Assembly: GCF_001194135.2 (NCBI RefSeq)
Contig: NC_068993.1
Location: 10,340,665 to 10,404,664, forward strand
Origin: Octopus bimaculoides
Taxonomy: Eukaryota
Reading direction: 5' to 3'
DNA length: 64,000 bases
The notes under the pieces are model-generated. The model had not been told where the DNA came from and did no database searches. It saw nothing but the letters and a program-made list of their open reading frames with translations. The translations under genes were made by a program, and so were the position numbers. Positions 22,049 through 37,183 of this stretch are shown here, in pieces. Position 1 is the stretch's first letter, and the number at the start of each line of letters is the position of its first letter.

Positions 22049-25000
22049 CTGGAATCAAAGAGCAACACAACAAATAAATCATAGTATTTACTAGTAAATT
22101 AGGAAGGAGATAGGTGAATAGATGGAAGTCGAAATGCTTGATTGAGGAAGTAACAAGCCAACCAGAAGTAAGATGTCAGGAAACCAGAGACAGAGGAAGG
22201 TGTTGTAGTTAGATTGTAACTGCAAGCGAATACTGGCACCTCCAAATAAACCTTATTGGCATGACTTGATTAACTCAACAGCCAAGCATAGAGTACATTT
22301 AGGAGAGGTGGGTCAGACTTCCAAATAAAATTATATATATATAATCTGAACAGTGGATCAGAGGTTCAATGAAACAAATCAAAAAAGATTGAAGATGCAG
22401 ATGTTAATTTTAAATGCCAACAGTAGATTTGAAAAGCTAATCTAGGAGCAGGAAGCCTGTGTGTTTTTATCACTTTGGCTATCTGCTTTTGAATTTTGAG
22501 ATCTTTTCAAAAATGATTCTTCTTCTAAAGGTTCAAGAGTCATCCTCATCTCCATTATCATTGCTTAACGTCTGTTTTCCATGCTGGCAGGCGTTGCAGG
22601 GATTGTCATCCCCAAGAAAAAACACCAATAGGTCACACGCTTCATGTCTTCACCAGATACAATACAAATATATCACAGGTTTTGATCACAAGAGGATTTC
22701 AGCTTAGTACTACAAACTACAAACTTAATAGCTTCCAATTATACATTAAACCCACAACTTAGAACAGATAACTCTAACACCTCCAAATGTTTCTTCATTT
22801 CTTACTTGCTTCCAAAAATGATCACAGAATCTGCCCCCACCCCACAAAAAAAAAAGCAACAAACAACACAAAGGTTTACTCACGGCATCATAATCAATAT
22901 CATCATTATCACTGGTTATGGTCACTTTCTTTTCTACTCGTGTCTCGATCATTCCATCCTTCTCAGTTCGATACTGAAGTTGCAGGAGGTGGAGGGGAGA
23001 GGAGAAAAAATAAAACAAAAGAACATACAAAAATACATGAAGATACTAATCATAGAAACGTGTGCTTATTATGCATTCAAATATTTTCCTCTTCTTTTTA
23101 AAAAAACAATTTTTATATTAGAGCAGAACAATAAAAAAAAATTAAAAAATGAAAAAAACCTGAAGAGACAACAAAATATATTTTTCTTTCAAATACGGAT
23201 AAATTTATATTAAAAAACAACTTAAACATGGTTAAATAAATTTCCACTTGATACAGAAATTTTCCAAAAAGCCTAATTCTATATGAAAGTTCAAAAGAAT
23301 TATTCTAAATCAGCTTGTTCCTAATACTTTTCTTTTCTATGAAATTATATAACACACACACACATATATATGTATGTACTTATTAAGTAAAATGAGGACA
23401 AAAGATTAAGATTTTTGATGTTTCTTTTAAAAAAAGGAAGTTAATCTAATCTAATTCCTAATTAAAATATTATTTTAAGTTTTCACGGAACAAAAATAAT
23501 ATCGATGTCCTAATTATAAAATCATAATATTATCCCTAAAGTCTGGTTATTTCATAAACTACTCTGGCAGTTTCGAACATTTTGCTTTATATCAATTATT
23601 TTTACAATTAAAATTTTAATACCTAAAACATCGAAACAAAACAAAAAGCTTCAGGGTTGAAAAAGACAAAAAAAAGGACCATTCTTAGGAACCTAAAGAA
23701 GTTTTTTAAAAGGACAGTACTTAGCACCATTTTAATATTAATTACATTACATCAAGTCTTCACTGGTTAAGCACAGGTGACATTCTCATATGAGAAAGTA
23801 CACATTTAAGACACAGAGAGAGTTAAGTGTGTTACTGAAACACACATGTTATAGTCAAGTACCACTCAATCAAATCTTTTATTTATTTGAAGCCAGTAAC
23901 TGAAATGAAGATTTTTGTAACTTGAGGCAAACAATGTAATAGTTTTGCCTTTTGAATAGAGGGTTTAAAACTATATATATCTATATCTATATATATATAT
24001 ATATATTATAGTTATTTGTTTCATGATTGCTTGATTCATCAGGCAGACATTATCTGGAAAGAAAACAAAGGTTCTAATCCAAAGTGACACCAGAGTGCCA
24101 CTATTTCATTGCTTAACGCAAGTCCTGAGAGTCACATGTGAAGGGAGGTAATTCTCAACTGAAGAGTTTTCAGAAAAACATTTGGGGAGAGGGCAACTGT
24201 ACTTCACTTGATAATATAATTAGTAAAGAAATGATTCAGCATCATGGAATATCTTGATAGTACTCTAAGGTATCGGTTATAAATTCAACCAGTCTGTAAT
24301 TCAAAGTCCATGAGCATTTTCGAAAGCTGGAAGTTTCTCTTGCAAGTACTCTTTACGTTATAAATGGTACAATAAATATTACTACTTGAATATTATTTTA
24401 ATGTGCATGCTAAATGGAGCATTCTTTAACTCGACAAAGAATGCTCAGTTTAGTAAGTAAAATAAAATTTAAATCACAGAGAAGTAGTAATATTTATCTA
24501 ATAAATATATTCACTCCAACAACATACTGAGGACTTCATTCTGTTCATGAAATCATTTACAAATTATATAACAGATACATCACAACTGAGTTTTGCCATA
24601 AAATGGCTCTTCAGGTAATTTGAGATAGATGAGATCCATTGTTCTGCATGACTTATGTCAATTCTTAAGACAAGAATAGAGGTAATCCATTGTGTTACAA
24701 TGATGGTGTGTTTAAACTATGCAGTGTATGTTTTCATTGCCAGCTACATTTACAGGATTCCCAAGGCATGTGTGTGTGCATGTTTGGTGAATGTGAACAG
24801 GTTTGTTCTATGGAGATGTTTGTGTATGTGCGGATTTATTTATGTCAGTGTTGGTAGTGTTGAATAGCTTATTTTGAGAGTCTGGGTTAAAGATTTTTCT
24901 GCACTTGTGTCTGGAACAAAAGTGAGTTGTAACAAGATGCAGGGATCTTTTGTCCATTTGGTTGTGTGCATATGGTAGTTGTTGGATGTTATTTCACTAT

Positions 25001-26614
25001 AAGATATTGCAAACATTTTCCTGTCAAACTAATAAGTAGATTTCTAAGAACACATTGAGAGCTATTTGAATTTCTATCTATGTACAAGATAGAGTCATTT
25101 GTTATAATATACAGCTGAAATATTTCGTCATTAAAGCTGAATGTTATGTCTAAGAAATTGACTACATATTGTAATTTAAAGTTCAGTATGGTTGAATAGT
25201 TTAGTTTTATGCTTCCTGAACTTATCTGTGAGCTGCTAACGTATCTTTGAAGATTGTCATCTCAATATGTTCCTCCATTAGTAGTATGGAATCTTGTTTA
25301 AGCTGAAAATGCATAATTCAATTAAATTTCCAAAGAATCTGAATTTCATGCTGACATCAAAGAGATTTGTGTTATATTAACTAACACAGCATTAATTATA
25401 TGGGAATGACTGCCAATTAATTTAAGAATAGATTATCAACATAATTACTCATTTTGGATACACAGGCACATACATTAAACCTGTCAAACACTGGCACAAA
25501 TATGTTCACATTTACTGTCAACAGAATTTTATGAATACAACAGCCAATGAAATCACAAACTGCCCAATTCAAATACACTATCACCATAACAGCAGGTCAC
25601 CTCTATTCTTGCCATATGCATATGGTGCTTCTCTCTCATTACCAGAAGTGCTATATTATGCTGTCAACAATATTGTAATATCCACCTATTTATATATAAT
25701 ACAAACATTACTCTGCAAATTAACACTGAGTTTGTTTTTTTAATCATATTGGTACTTAGTTGTTTCCAATGTAATATCACATAGAACAAAATCCAAAGAA
25801 ACATCAACCAATTTTCATGACATAACTAATGAACTGTCCATGGAGGTGACATGATAAAATACATTAGAATTCAGTGCTTGACCAGCAGGACTGAAAAAGT
25901 AGCCAAAGTGATAGAAAAAAAAGATGAAAAAAAAAAAACACACACACACACACACACAAAAGCATTCAGTAGAAATAAAAATGGAAGGGCTAAAATGTGA
26001 AGCAGCGTGAAAGTAAAAATTGATTGAAGCATACCAAATAGATTCCGGTTTAGATAGAAAAAATGGTTATGTAACAGAACATGTGGATGGAATTTGTTAT
26101 TGTAAGAACATTTGATTCCAGTAAACTGATAGCAAAGCTAATCCCCTCCCCTGTGCACACAAACAGAATACTATAAAGTATGATAGCATGCTAATCTATG
26201 ATAAACATGGAAAAAAATTGGACTGGGTTTACAATGGAATAAAGAAGTGATGACATATCAATTCTATTCTTTATGTATTTGATAAAGTTGAAGATAACTG
26301 AGGAGAAGATTATTTATTTTTTTTAATTAGAAAAGATAAAAACTGATTCTGTTATACATTTCCCTCTCTAAAAGAAGACTGAAAACAGATATATAGACCC
26401 CAGCCTCCTATTTTTCAAGTAAAATTATGTCTAATGAGCCTGAAGGATTGCTTGGAGACACAAAGCATGTTATATAAATCTACCAAACTATTGTTTCCAT
26501 AGGATGAAGCTCAGTAGCTTACATTTAAATACTGTGTTATATATCAAATGATATTTACCACTCACTAGATGGAGTATTTTATTTTTTGTTAACTCTACCT
26601 ATAATAGAGCAGCA

Positions 26615-26669
<55 letters not shown>

Positions 26670-28090
26670 ATTTACTTTACTTCTCAAATATAATGTTAAA
26701 TGTTGAGTAAAATATGCATTTATATATTTAAGGAGATTAAAAAGAAATGGAAATATTCTATCTTAAATGTCTCAATGGTTATCAGGAATTACAAAAGGAA
26801 ACAAATAGTAGGGATATTTTAACTAATTACAGAATACAGAAGAAGAAAAAAAATCGAAGTTTGCAATTAACTCATTAGAAAAGAATCATTAAAGAATTAA
26901 ACAAGAATAGACACACATTTAATTTGAGCAATTTCAAGCCAACAGGGCAGCCTCTACAGTGTCATTGCACCTGCTAGAAATAACAGCTAAATCTCACTTA
27001 AATTGCAGCCTGTAGCCGTTTTTTAAAAAATTTTTCCAAGAGGATCTTTGGTTAACAAAAAGACAAGATTGTCACGGATAGAATGCTTCTGATTATAAGG
27101 CTGATATGGGGTGGGGGCTAAACAAGGATAACTATTTGAATTATTCTCAGTAATCAGAAATAATCTAAAGCACTCTTGGAGTAAAAACAACAGACTGACG
27201 ACAGCCAATTCTAAGAATCAGAGACTTTTAAACTAACAGCAAGATGAAGTTGACTGAAACAGCACCAGTCTTTGGTTTATTTTAAAGATGGCACTTGAAA
27301 CGTTTCTGCAGAAGTACTATGGAAGATCTCCCACAAGGTCCTGTCTTGATTGTGGCATGGCGATTTGTGTGTCTCAATGACCTTGAGAACTATGCCAGTA
27401 GAACACAAGCTGCTGATAGAGGACTTCTTATGTTGGACAGAGGCCAGACTAATAGGGACCACTTCTCAGAGGTATAAAAATGGGTCTGTGAAGGCGCAAC
27501 ACTCCTATCTACAAATGGCAAAATTACTGAAGCACTGATGACAATTGAAAACCAACAATACTTGGGATAAGAAGGCCTTCCTTCAGGGACACATATAATC
27601 TGGAATGCACAAAGGGGGCAGAAAAGAAGATGCCCTAAAAATAACTGAAGATAGAGGTGTAAAAATAGGGATACAACTGGAGAGAAGTAGAAAAGACGAC
27701 CCAGAAATGAAAACAGTGGCAACATGTTGTCGACCCAGAGATGAAAACAGTGGCAACATGTTGTCGACAGCCTGTGGTCCACAGGGAGTACAGGGCTTAA
27801 GTTGTAAGCACTATGAAAGGAGACAGTTGTATTTAGATTGTCACTAGAAAGTTACAGAAACAACTGGGACAATAAAACTAAGGAAGAATTTCTTTGGAGA
27901 TTCAGAAAGCAAGAGACAGTTCAGTATTTTACTCAGAGACAAAACAATGTCTGCAGATAGATATGAACTACTAATCCAGTGACATCTGAAGAGAACAGTA
28001 CCTAACTTACATGACCATTGCAGTGCCCCTTCACTTGGAATAATAATGACTTCTCATCCATGCTTCAGAGTGGCACAAAATCAGTTTATG

Positions 28091-28124
<34 letters not shown>

Positions 28125-29375
28125 GAGAGTGTGTGTGTGTATGTCAGTCAATCAGACTGATTTGGTGCTTCATGGTATTTGTTGATTTCTGACTGAGGTG
28201 GGCAAAAGAACAAAGTGATTCAAACACAAAATATAATCAAAATTTAATAATATCACCAGGGTCTCTGATCTGGCATTCTGTGACTAACTTACTGCCGAAG
28301 ATGAAATATCTTTAAGACCAAGTAACAACAATCAACATTAAAACAATGCTGATCCAAAGATCCAAAAAGTCAGAGATCAAACAAATGGAAGAAAACAAAA
28401 AAACTATTTTTGATATCAACTGAATAAACTAAATTTTGATATTAAAAATGATTTATAAACAGAGGACAACAACAATGACAGCCAAACAGAAAAACGATCA
28501 AATACACTAAAGCCGAAGTGAGCAAAACTACAGAAGAAGAAAATAACTACATAAAGAGAACAAGCCACATACATCTTGTATGTGTGTGGCTATACATATA
28601 TCTGTGTGTGTGAGTTTATCAAAGTACTTACCATCAGTTTACTCTGAAGTTATACTTTTTACCAATTTAAAGATCTGTATGAAAACCCATTCTACATCAT
28701 AAAGTAATGTGTGAAGATTCTTGTGTCAGTCCAAGTTAGTAAAGCTACATGGAAAGTCAGCTATGCAGACATACTAACCTATGACTAATTATACACTATT
28801 AGTTCAACTAGAGATAAAATAAATATATTATCCACTAGTAGAGGAATGAATAAGTTAGTTACACTATTTAGATATGAAGAGTAAAAGAAAAACCACTTAG
28901 TCCATTCATATAATATGGGTGTATATACATACATATATACACATATATACAGGGTGATTCAAAAGTCTCCATACATAGGAAAAATTTATTTTTTTTATAA
29001 GAAACAGTTTATAAGATCCCCTGATCTGACCTCCACTTGATTTCTATCTTTGAGGGCATTTGAAAGGCATGGTGTATCGTGGAAAGATAAAAGACATAGA
29101 TCATTTGAAGGAACGCATCACCAACTCATTTGCACACGTTTCACCAGATGTGCTATTACGAGTTCACAGTGAGTGGGGTAAACGTATTACGATGTGTATT
29201 CAAAACAATGGTAACCATATAGAGCCTGTTAAATAAAAAAAAAAACTGTTCTCATAAACTGTTTCTTATAGAACAATAAATTATTCCAATGTATGGTGAA
29301 TTTTGAATCACCCTGTATACACACACACACATATACATATATGTATATATATGTGTGTATATGTATGAATACGCA

Positions 29376-29414
<39 letters not shown>

Positions 29415-32400
29415 TGTTGAAACTAGGAGCAAATGGTTTTTGCTATCACTAAACTAAGGCAACAAGGAAAGAAATAAAAGTAAATTTTTAACTCTTTATG
29501 CGGGACCCTAGCATATGGTAACTTCAACACTGGCAGGATTAAAAAAAAAACAAAAAAAACCTCCTCTATGATGCCTTTTCCTATGAAGCTCAAAATATAT
29601 ATTTATTTTGCTTAATGGTTAACTCAATGCTAACTAACCAGACCAATACATTATTTTATTTCCGTAAAGTAGGTAAACCTGTCACAGCCAGTATACGACA
29701 GTATAAACATGTAAGACTAAAAGAACCGAGTCTTAAGTTGTGTCAGAATAAGCAATCTACTGTCAGTTCTTTTGCTCTGTATAGTCAGTCTAATTGGTCA
29801 AATACTTTGGATATCAATGGTATATTCAACCCTTTAGCATTCAGATTATTCTGACAAATGCAATGCTTATTCATTCATATTGTTTTGAATTAATCAGGCA
29901 TTATCTTGTATTGCATTATGACATTGTTGGGTAGGTGTGAAGATCTGGATCTGACTGGTTTAAATATACAACAGGTAGAAAATTTGGGCTGAATATGGTC
30001 AGCTGAAATCATAAAGGGTCAACCCGTTAGCATTTAAGCCTATTTCATGTTCAAACTGGTCAAATCTAGCCTCTCACACCAATACTACAATGTCAATCCG
30101 AAAATAAACAATCACATCATCAAAGGTTCAAAGCCATGACATAATGCACAATTAATTCAAAACAATGGGGTTAAACAAGCACCACATTTGAGACTGTTCT
30201 AGAAACTCGAGACACTAGTTTGATTCTTAACCATAAATTTATTATAATTTTTTTATAGATTTGTTACTCTTCATTAGAATTTGAATGTTTTATATAATTC
30301 TAGAATCCAATATTTTATTTTTAAAGAAGGTTTAAGATAGAATGAAAAAAAAAAAAAAATGATAGCTATTTTAAAAATAGTTTTAAACAAATGGTCAGTC
30401 ATTTGAATGGCAATAATTAATTGGGTAGGGATTCTGTAAAAGGTGGATAAATTCAGTAAAAGATCTCTAAGTCCTAATAAGCTTGGAGAGAGAAAAAAAA
30501 TAATAATAAAACCTATTCCCCATTAAAATATAGAAGTCAAGCTTGTCAGTAACAACAGTATTAACAATAACAACAACAACAAAAGTATTGACAAATGAAT
30601 AAAGAAAAAAAATAAAATAAAACAACACGCAGATCTTTGTTCTGCCAACCAAAATTGTAGTGGTAAAGTTTGCTGAAAAAAAAAAAAATTTCATTCATTT
30701 ACATGCCATAGAAAAACTAAGTAAAGCAAGCAATAAAAAAAAAGGATTTGAAAAAAAAAACACCCCAAAAGCAGCAAGATGCGGAGAAATGGAAAAAAAA
30801 AACCAAACATGTGGGTTTGGAAGGGAATTCAAAATGAAGAGGCAACCAGTTGGGTGGATCGGGGCAGGGGAAAGAGAGATATTTTATAAGAACCATCCGT
30901 AGCAAGGCAACAACAGCAAGCATTCAAATTGGCTTCTACAGTTTTTTTTTTAATCTTGGTTCTTTTTTTTTGCTTTTTAGTTATAATTTTTCCCATTTTT
31001 TTTTTGTTTTGTTTTTCATGATGAACTTACAGTAGTTGTTTCAATCGTCTGTGTTTTTGAACTATGAGCTTGCGAACTGACCAAGACCCCGTCTTCAGAC
31101 ATAGGCTGGCCTTCTACACCCTCTCTTTGGTAAGACACTTTCCTGGTCTCTGTCTTTACTATGGGCACATTCTTGGTAGATATTGGCATTTCACTTAAAT
31201 CTGGGGTATATTTGATACTTTCCGTTGCAATTGTGGGGGGCTGTAGGAGACGAAAGAAGACTTATTGGAAAAAGGTACAAGGCAAAAGCGTTAAGCAAGA
31301 GGCAAGGTTATGTTTATTGCAGAAAGGAGTTGAACTTTAGGATGTCAGGCACTGAAAGACTTTCTAGGGTTCCAGGAGAGAAAAACATACCAGATAGATT
31401 GCAATATTGAATGGACTCATACTAGGAAATGTTTAGTAGTTACAATGGTTATTGAAGATTTAAACTGCTATCATGATATACGCTTATTCACTCCTCACTA
31501 ATGTGATCTGGTGAGATCTTAGTGCTTAGCAAATGTAATAGTATTGAAAAGAAAAAAAAAACCTCATTCATTTAGTGAATACATAGCTAAAACAGTCCCT
31601 AACACTATTTTAAAAAGTTTGCCTTTTAAATTAAAATAAAACCATCTAAACTAATTAGTGTAAAGTCAATAACAACATAGGCCATGGTGGAAATTGGAAT
31701 AGTTAGTCTTCTGCATGAGCCATTTCCAAGGCCAAATTTCCAATTTAGGAACAGAAACAGCGTGCTTTGCTGATTGGAAAATAGGCACCACCTTCATGGC
31801 TGATTAATTATCATTAACGAAGGTATCTTGGCATTAAAAATAGCCACTTCAAAAGCCTCATATAAATTGATTGAAATATTTAAGCCTTTAGCTTTTAGAT
31901 TACTCTGTCAAATGTAATGCTTATTTATTCACATCGTTTCGAATTCACCATGTATTACCTTGTGGTTTTGACAATGTGGTTGTTTATTTTTAAGGTAACC
32001 CTGTAAGGTAGGGGAGAAGCCAGAGCTGGCCAGTCCGAGCATAAAACAGAATATTTTGGTGGGATGTGACTGGTTTAAATTTTAAACAGCTAAGTCCTAA
32101 TAATTTACAAAAATGAATGCAAAATGTTATGGAGCAGGGTTTCTCAGTTAATTTGCATTTATAGACAGGTTGGTATACATGTTTGTCTTATGTCCATTTT
32201 TCCATGCCAGCATGGGTTAGACAGATTGTTGAGGCATTGGTTTTCAGCCAGATGTCCTCCCTGTTGCTAACCCTTATTTGTGTTTTGCAAGTAAAGTATT
32301 TATTTATTTCACATATCTTTGAAGACATGATACAAATGAATGATTTGTTCACAGGAAGAGTGACAAAAGCAACACTGCTTTCAGAGAGCAACTTTTGCAG

Positions 32401-33492
32401 ACTCCGAAGGCAAACAAGTATGCACACACAAGCATGTGTGTATGTGTATATATATTTCTGCAACTGCAGAGCAAAAGGACTTCAGAGTCAATAAACACCT
32501 CCCAAGGAGATAAGTATTCATTAACAAGAATAAAAATATCAATATATGCAAATGATATTTTTTTTTCTTAGAAGGAGAGGGAAAATAATTCATTCTATCA
32601 AAATATCAGGCATTTAGTAACTTTTCACATGCTGAAGAATGCAGTATAGAAATTAAGTTGGAAGGAAGACTAGAAATTAAAAGTCTTCATTTAAAAAATA
32701 TCAAATGACAAAGAAAAAACACTCCAAAAGAAAGGGAGGGGAGGAGAGAGTGATTAAAATAGTTGAAATCTAAAGAAGTATGTTAGATTGTAACAAATTT
32801 CTAATTATGTTATTATTACTATAAGTGCTATGGTAACATTGATATTATTTAATAGTGTTTCTAAATCTACACAATATTTTCTAAAAATCAATTTATTCTT
32901 ATTCATTGGTTTTGTTTGCATTCAAAATTATTTTTTACTGTTTCCAAGAAAGAAACTAACAAACATCAATAAGTAATTAATTCAATCAATGTGTAAAAAA
33001 AAAAAAAAAATTAAGAATAAAATTATATAAAGTTGATATTAAAGATCGGTAGTATGCATGCAAAGTTAGGTCTTGTTTCTAGAAAACAAGAACACAACAA
33101 CCTCAAATTCCCATCTTGTACAAAGAAAAATTCCCACTACCAAAACACCTTGGTTTTTATACAAGTTAGTTAAAATTGTAATGTATTGTTAATAGAATAT
33201 GTGAAATAAGGTGCAAAAGTATTTTAAAAGATAGAGTGATAAATGGAGCAACTCTTTTCTGCAATGTGCAATTAAAGCAGGGGGGGAAATGTTTGTCTTA
33301 AATTTCTTTTCTTTATATTATTATCGAGTCTTTTTTTCTTTCATGTTATATATTTAAAATTTTTTAAAATTAAATAATGTACACACACACATATATACAT
33401 ACATATACACATATGTATATACACAGACATATACCTATGTACATACTGACAGATATACATATATATTATACAGACACCCACACACACATGCA

Positions 33493-33556
<64 letters not shown>

Positions 33557-35470
33557 GACATTTGCAACAGTCACATAATGCACCTAGACAATAGGGGTAA
33601 TGGGACGGAAAAAAATGCAAATTGAAGTGTTGATCCAGAGAAAGAAAATGTGTACAGTATTAAAAAAAAATGGTAAAGAAACGGGCAGAAAAGCATCCAT
33701 GAAAGGAGAGAAAACATGAAATCAGGACAAAGTTACTTTTAAAAATTGGAAGGATTGAAAAGTTTAGGAAAATGCAAGAAAAATATTTTAAAAGGTAAAA
33801 AAAAAAAAAAAAAAAAAAATTACATGATCACCGCAAACATCACCACCACCATTAAAAAGGTAAAAAAAATACCACCACCACCACCACCACCACAGAGCTC
33901 TAAAATCATCACCATTACCACCACCACCATCAACATTGCTACTACTACTACTGCTACCATTACCATTACCATCACCAGCAGCCAATACCAGCTGTACTTA
34001 CTGGGCTCAGACGACCACCCTGATATGGATGGGTATCAAGCTGGTCCTCAGGATTGCTTCTGGTGTACTTAGGCGGAACGGGTGGAGGAGGCCTTTTGCG
34101 AAGTCCAGTTTGTGGATCCCGGATGCCATTCACTAGGCCGAACTTGCTGCCGAAACCAGCTCTAGTTGTCTGCGTTAAGACAAACATGGACATTTCTGGA
34201 TAGGTTGATAATTTTATTTTTAAGTGCATCGTGTGCCAAAAGTGTTAATAAAAGTTAGTGCCATGTGCAAATCGCTACCGCGAACAAGATGAGGTAAAAA
34301 AAAAAAAAAAGGAGGGAGGGAGAAAAAAAAAAGGCCTTAGCCATTTTTAACTCCCTGCATGCAACCATTTGCACAGATTTTGGCACAATACGCCACAGCC
34401 AACATTCAATGGTATTAACACCCCACCCCATTTGCAGTTACATGGTTCCATGCTTCAAGTTAAATGGCTTTTGCTTTAAACGCAAAAAAAAAAATATTAA
34501 TAAAACCCAGTTAGTCAAATATTTCTTAGTAGCGGAGGGGGATGTGGGGAAACAAATAAAGCAACTAAAATATTGTGGTGTGTAAACTATACACACACAC
34601 ACAATATGTATAAGTGCAGATATCATTATCAAGTGAAACAAGATAAGTTATAAACAAACTTGGAGTGACATTTTAATAAATGATTAAAAAATAAAACAAG
34701 GCAAGAATAGTCTTAGAAGGAAATTGGCAAAACCCATTCTAATATAATTCTAAGACCATGTAAAAAGCACCAAGTTACCAGGTTATGATTTCCATTTACT
34801 TCAACGAGTCACCCTCTGGTATCTAAACTACACTAACATAATACATCTCCTTGACCAAGACTCCCACCACAAATCTAGGGACTAAGTCATAACAAAATTC
34901 AGTTTTGAAGCTGTTGAATCCTAAACAGAATGATAAATTACCTTAATGTAAAATGACGTCACTGCACCCAGAACTAAACAAGGCACAGTTGTGTTAGGAC
35001 AACTCCATTTTACTTTTCTGATGGAAGTATTAAAAAGAATCTTTTGATGAAAATGTGACTATCAACTATGGAGAGGGAAGTAAGGATGGTTTCTGGAGAA
35101 TGAAGTGGATGAGAGGCAAATATTTTTCTGGATAATGGATTGGTTGGTGTATTTTCGGTTAACACAGCCAGAAAACCCTTGCGTTTCCCTTCTGCTCCGG
35201 TCAGTACAATTAAATGTTCTGCTTAATCATAACTAAAATAGTCATAATAAAACAAATTCACAACCAGTGGAATGATGGTGCAACATTTTATCCACTTAGT
35301 CACTTCACAATTTTTGCAGTAAAATCATGTTTAATATAATATGATATTGTTTGGAGGATAAATTACTGACAGGCATCGTGGCACCTTGGGCAAGTGTCTT
35401 CTACTATAGCTTCGGGTCGACCAAAGCCTTGTGAGTGGATTTGGTAGATGGAAACTGAAAGAATCCCGTC

Positions 35471-35514
<44 letters not shown>

Positions 35515-37151
35515 TTGTCCCCACAACATCGCTTGACAACCGATGGTGGCGTGTTTACGTCCCCGTAACTTAGCAGTTCGGCAAAAGAGACCAATAGAAT
35601 AAGTATCAGGCTTACAAAGAATAAGTCCTGGGGTCGTTTTGCCTAACTAAAGGCAATGCTCCAGCATGGTCGCAGTCAAATGACTGAAACAAGTAAATGA
35701 GTATATTCACTGTGGGATGCATCAAAAACTTAACAGGATAGAATTATGCAGTGAAGAATAAACAACATTGGTCTTTTCTACAGCACATCCAGTCCCTTTT
35801 CTCAGTCTATTAAACAATAACTAATAAAGGTTATCTAAGATCAGCCATTTTTGTTAAAAATGGAGAGAGGAATGTCGACTGATTAAATCCTACATGTGAA
35901 GTATCTCCTCAAACTTACCAGCATCATACCGTTGATTGGTAAAATATAGTAAATCAGACTTGCTTCCTAACACCTAATCAGTTGGTTTTGATTAGCATTT
36001 TAATAGGAATGCTGCCAAATAACAATCTGGACAAGGCAAGCTGATGAAAATTTACTCCATCATCTCAATTTTCCATGTGTTTATTTTCTCATCTTGAGAC
36101 ACATTTCATATAAATAATCTAACAGAGGTTCCGTTAATTTTCTAATGTGTATATAAAAATGTCTGGAAATTCTAAGTTTACTATCCACCAACCAAAGGCT
36201 ACACACAGTAACCTGGCTCAAACTAAAATTCATTTTCCAGTTTAGCTGGTCAACTGCCTTGTGGTGAACAAGAGTGCTGATACTTTATGAAGAACTGTAA
36301 AACAGTTTTATGATACCAAAGCAAGCCAAAGAATACAAGAAATTTATACAGGCATCTAAGTATCATACTTAATGTACATACGCTATTTATAGGCCAGTTA
36401 TTGTGGTATTCTCAAAAAGGCAACATTCCCTATGGGTCATGCTGTGTTAAAAACACTATAATAATCTAGTATATGCAATTCAAGCAACATTAAATTAAAA
36501 TAGCTATCTAGGTATCATATCATAATGTAGATACACTGTTGACAGGCCAATTACAGCATGGTATCTCAAGATGAATACTGCAGCAACTGGCCTATCAATA
36601 GTGTATATCAATTAAGTATGGTACATAGATGACTATTTTAATTTAATACTGCCTCAATAACATATACTGGATATATATATTTATGTGTCTAGAATTTGGG
36701 AACTGAAGATAGTCAGTGATGATTATAACAGTTGGGGAATGGTGTAAATTAGGAGGGGTGGGCACAATAAAAGTTAATAGTTTGTTCAATGTTTACTACT
36801 TACGTTTTTGTATTAGTAAAGTGATTTAAAAAAAAAAAAAGAAAGTGGGTGTGTGTTGAGGGGGAAGCCATGGTTAAGTTCTTAGTGCTTTGGTTTCAAT
36901 TTCCAGACAGAAATGTTCTGTTTCCTTTGCAATAAATAAGGGACCTTGAGAAAAGGTGTATATTCCATAAGTTCCAATAATCTCACTGGTAAACTGGGCT
37001 CTTAACAACTTATGTAAGAGAAATCACCATTGTTATTACACCAAGGGTGTTTTTAGAAAGGAATAGCAGCAATGCTACAACTTATATATCTCATTTACCC
37101 TTTTAAGGAAAAGGGGAAGATTTTTCTTGTTTTCCCCACCTTGTCGATAAC

Positions 37152-37183
<32 letters not shown>

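Noticed and set aside
27030-27900. Possible degenerate Penelope-like RT/GIY-YIG remnant, with a 34-bp tandem duplication near 27698-27766
   Set aside because: Only vague motif resemblance across broken frames; cannot be supported without a profile search.
35010-35220. GC-richer segment open for 50-70 codons in two - strand frames
   Set aside because: No convincing donor and ambiguous frame.
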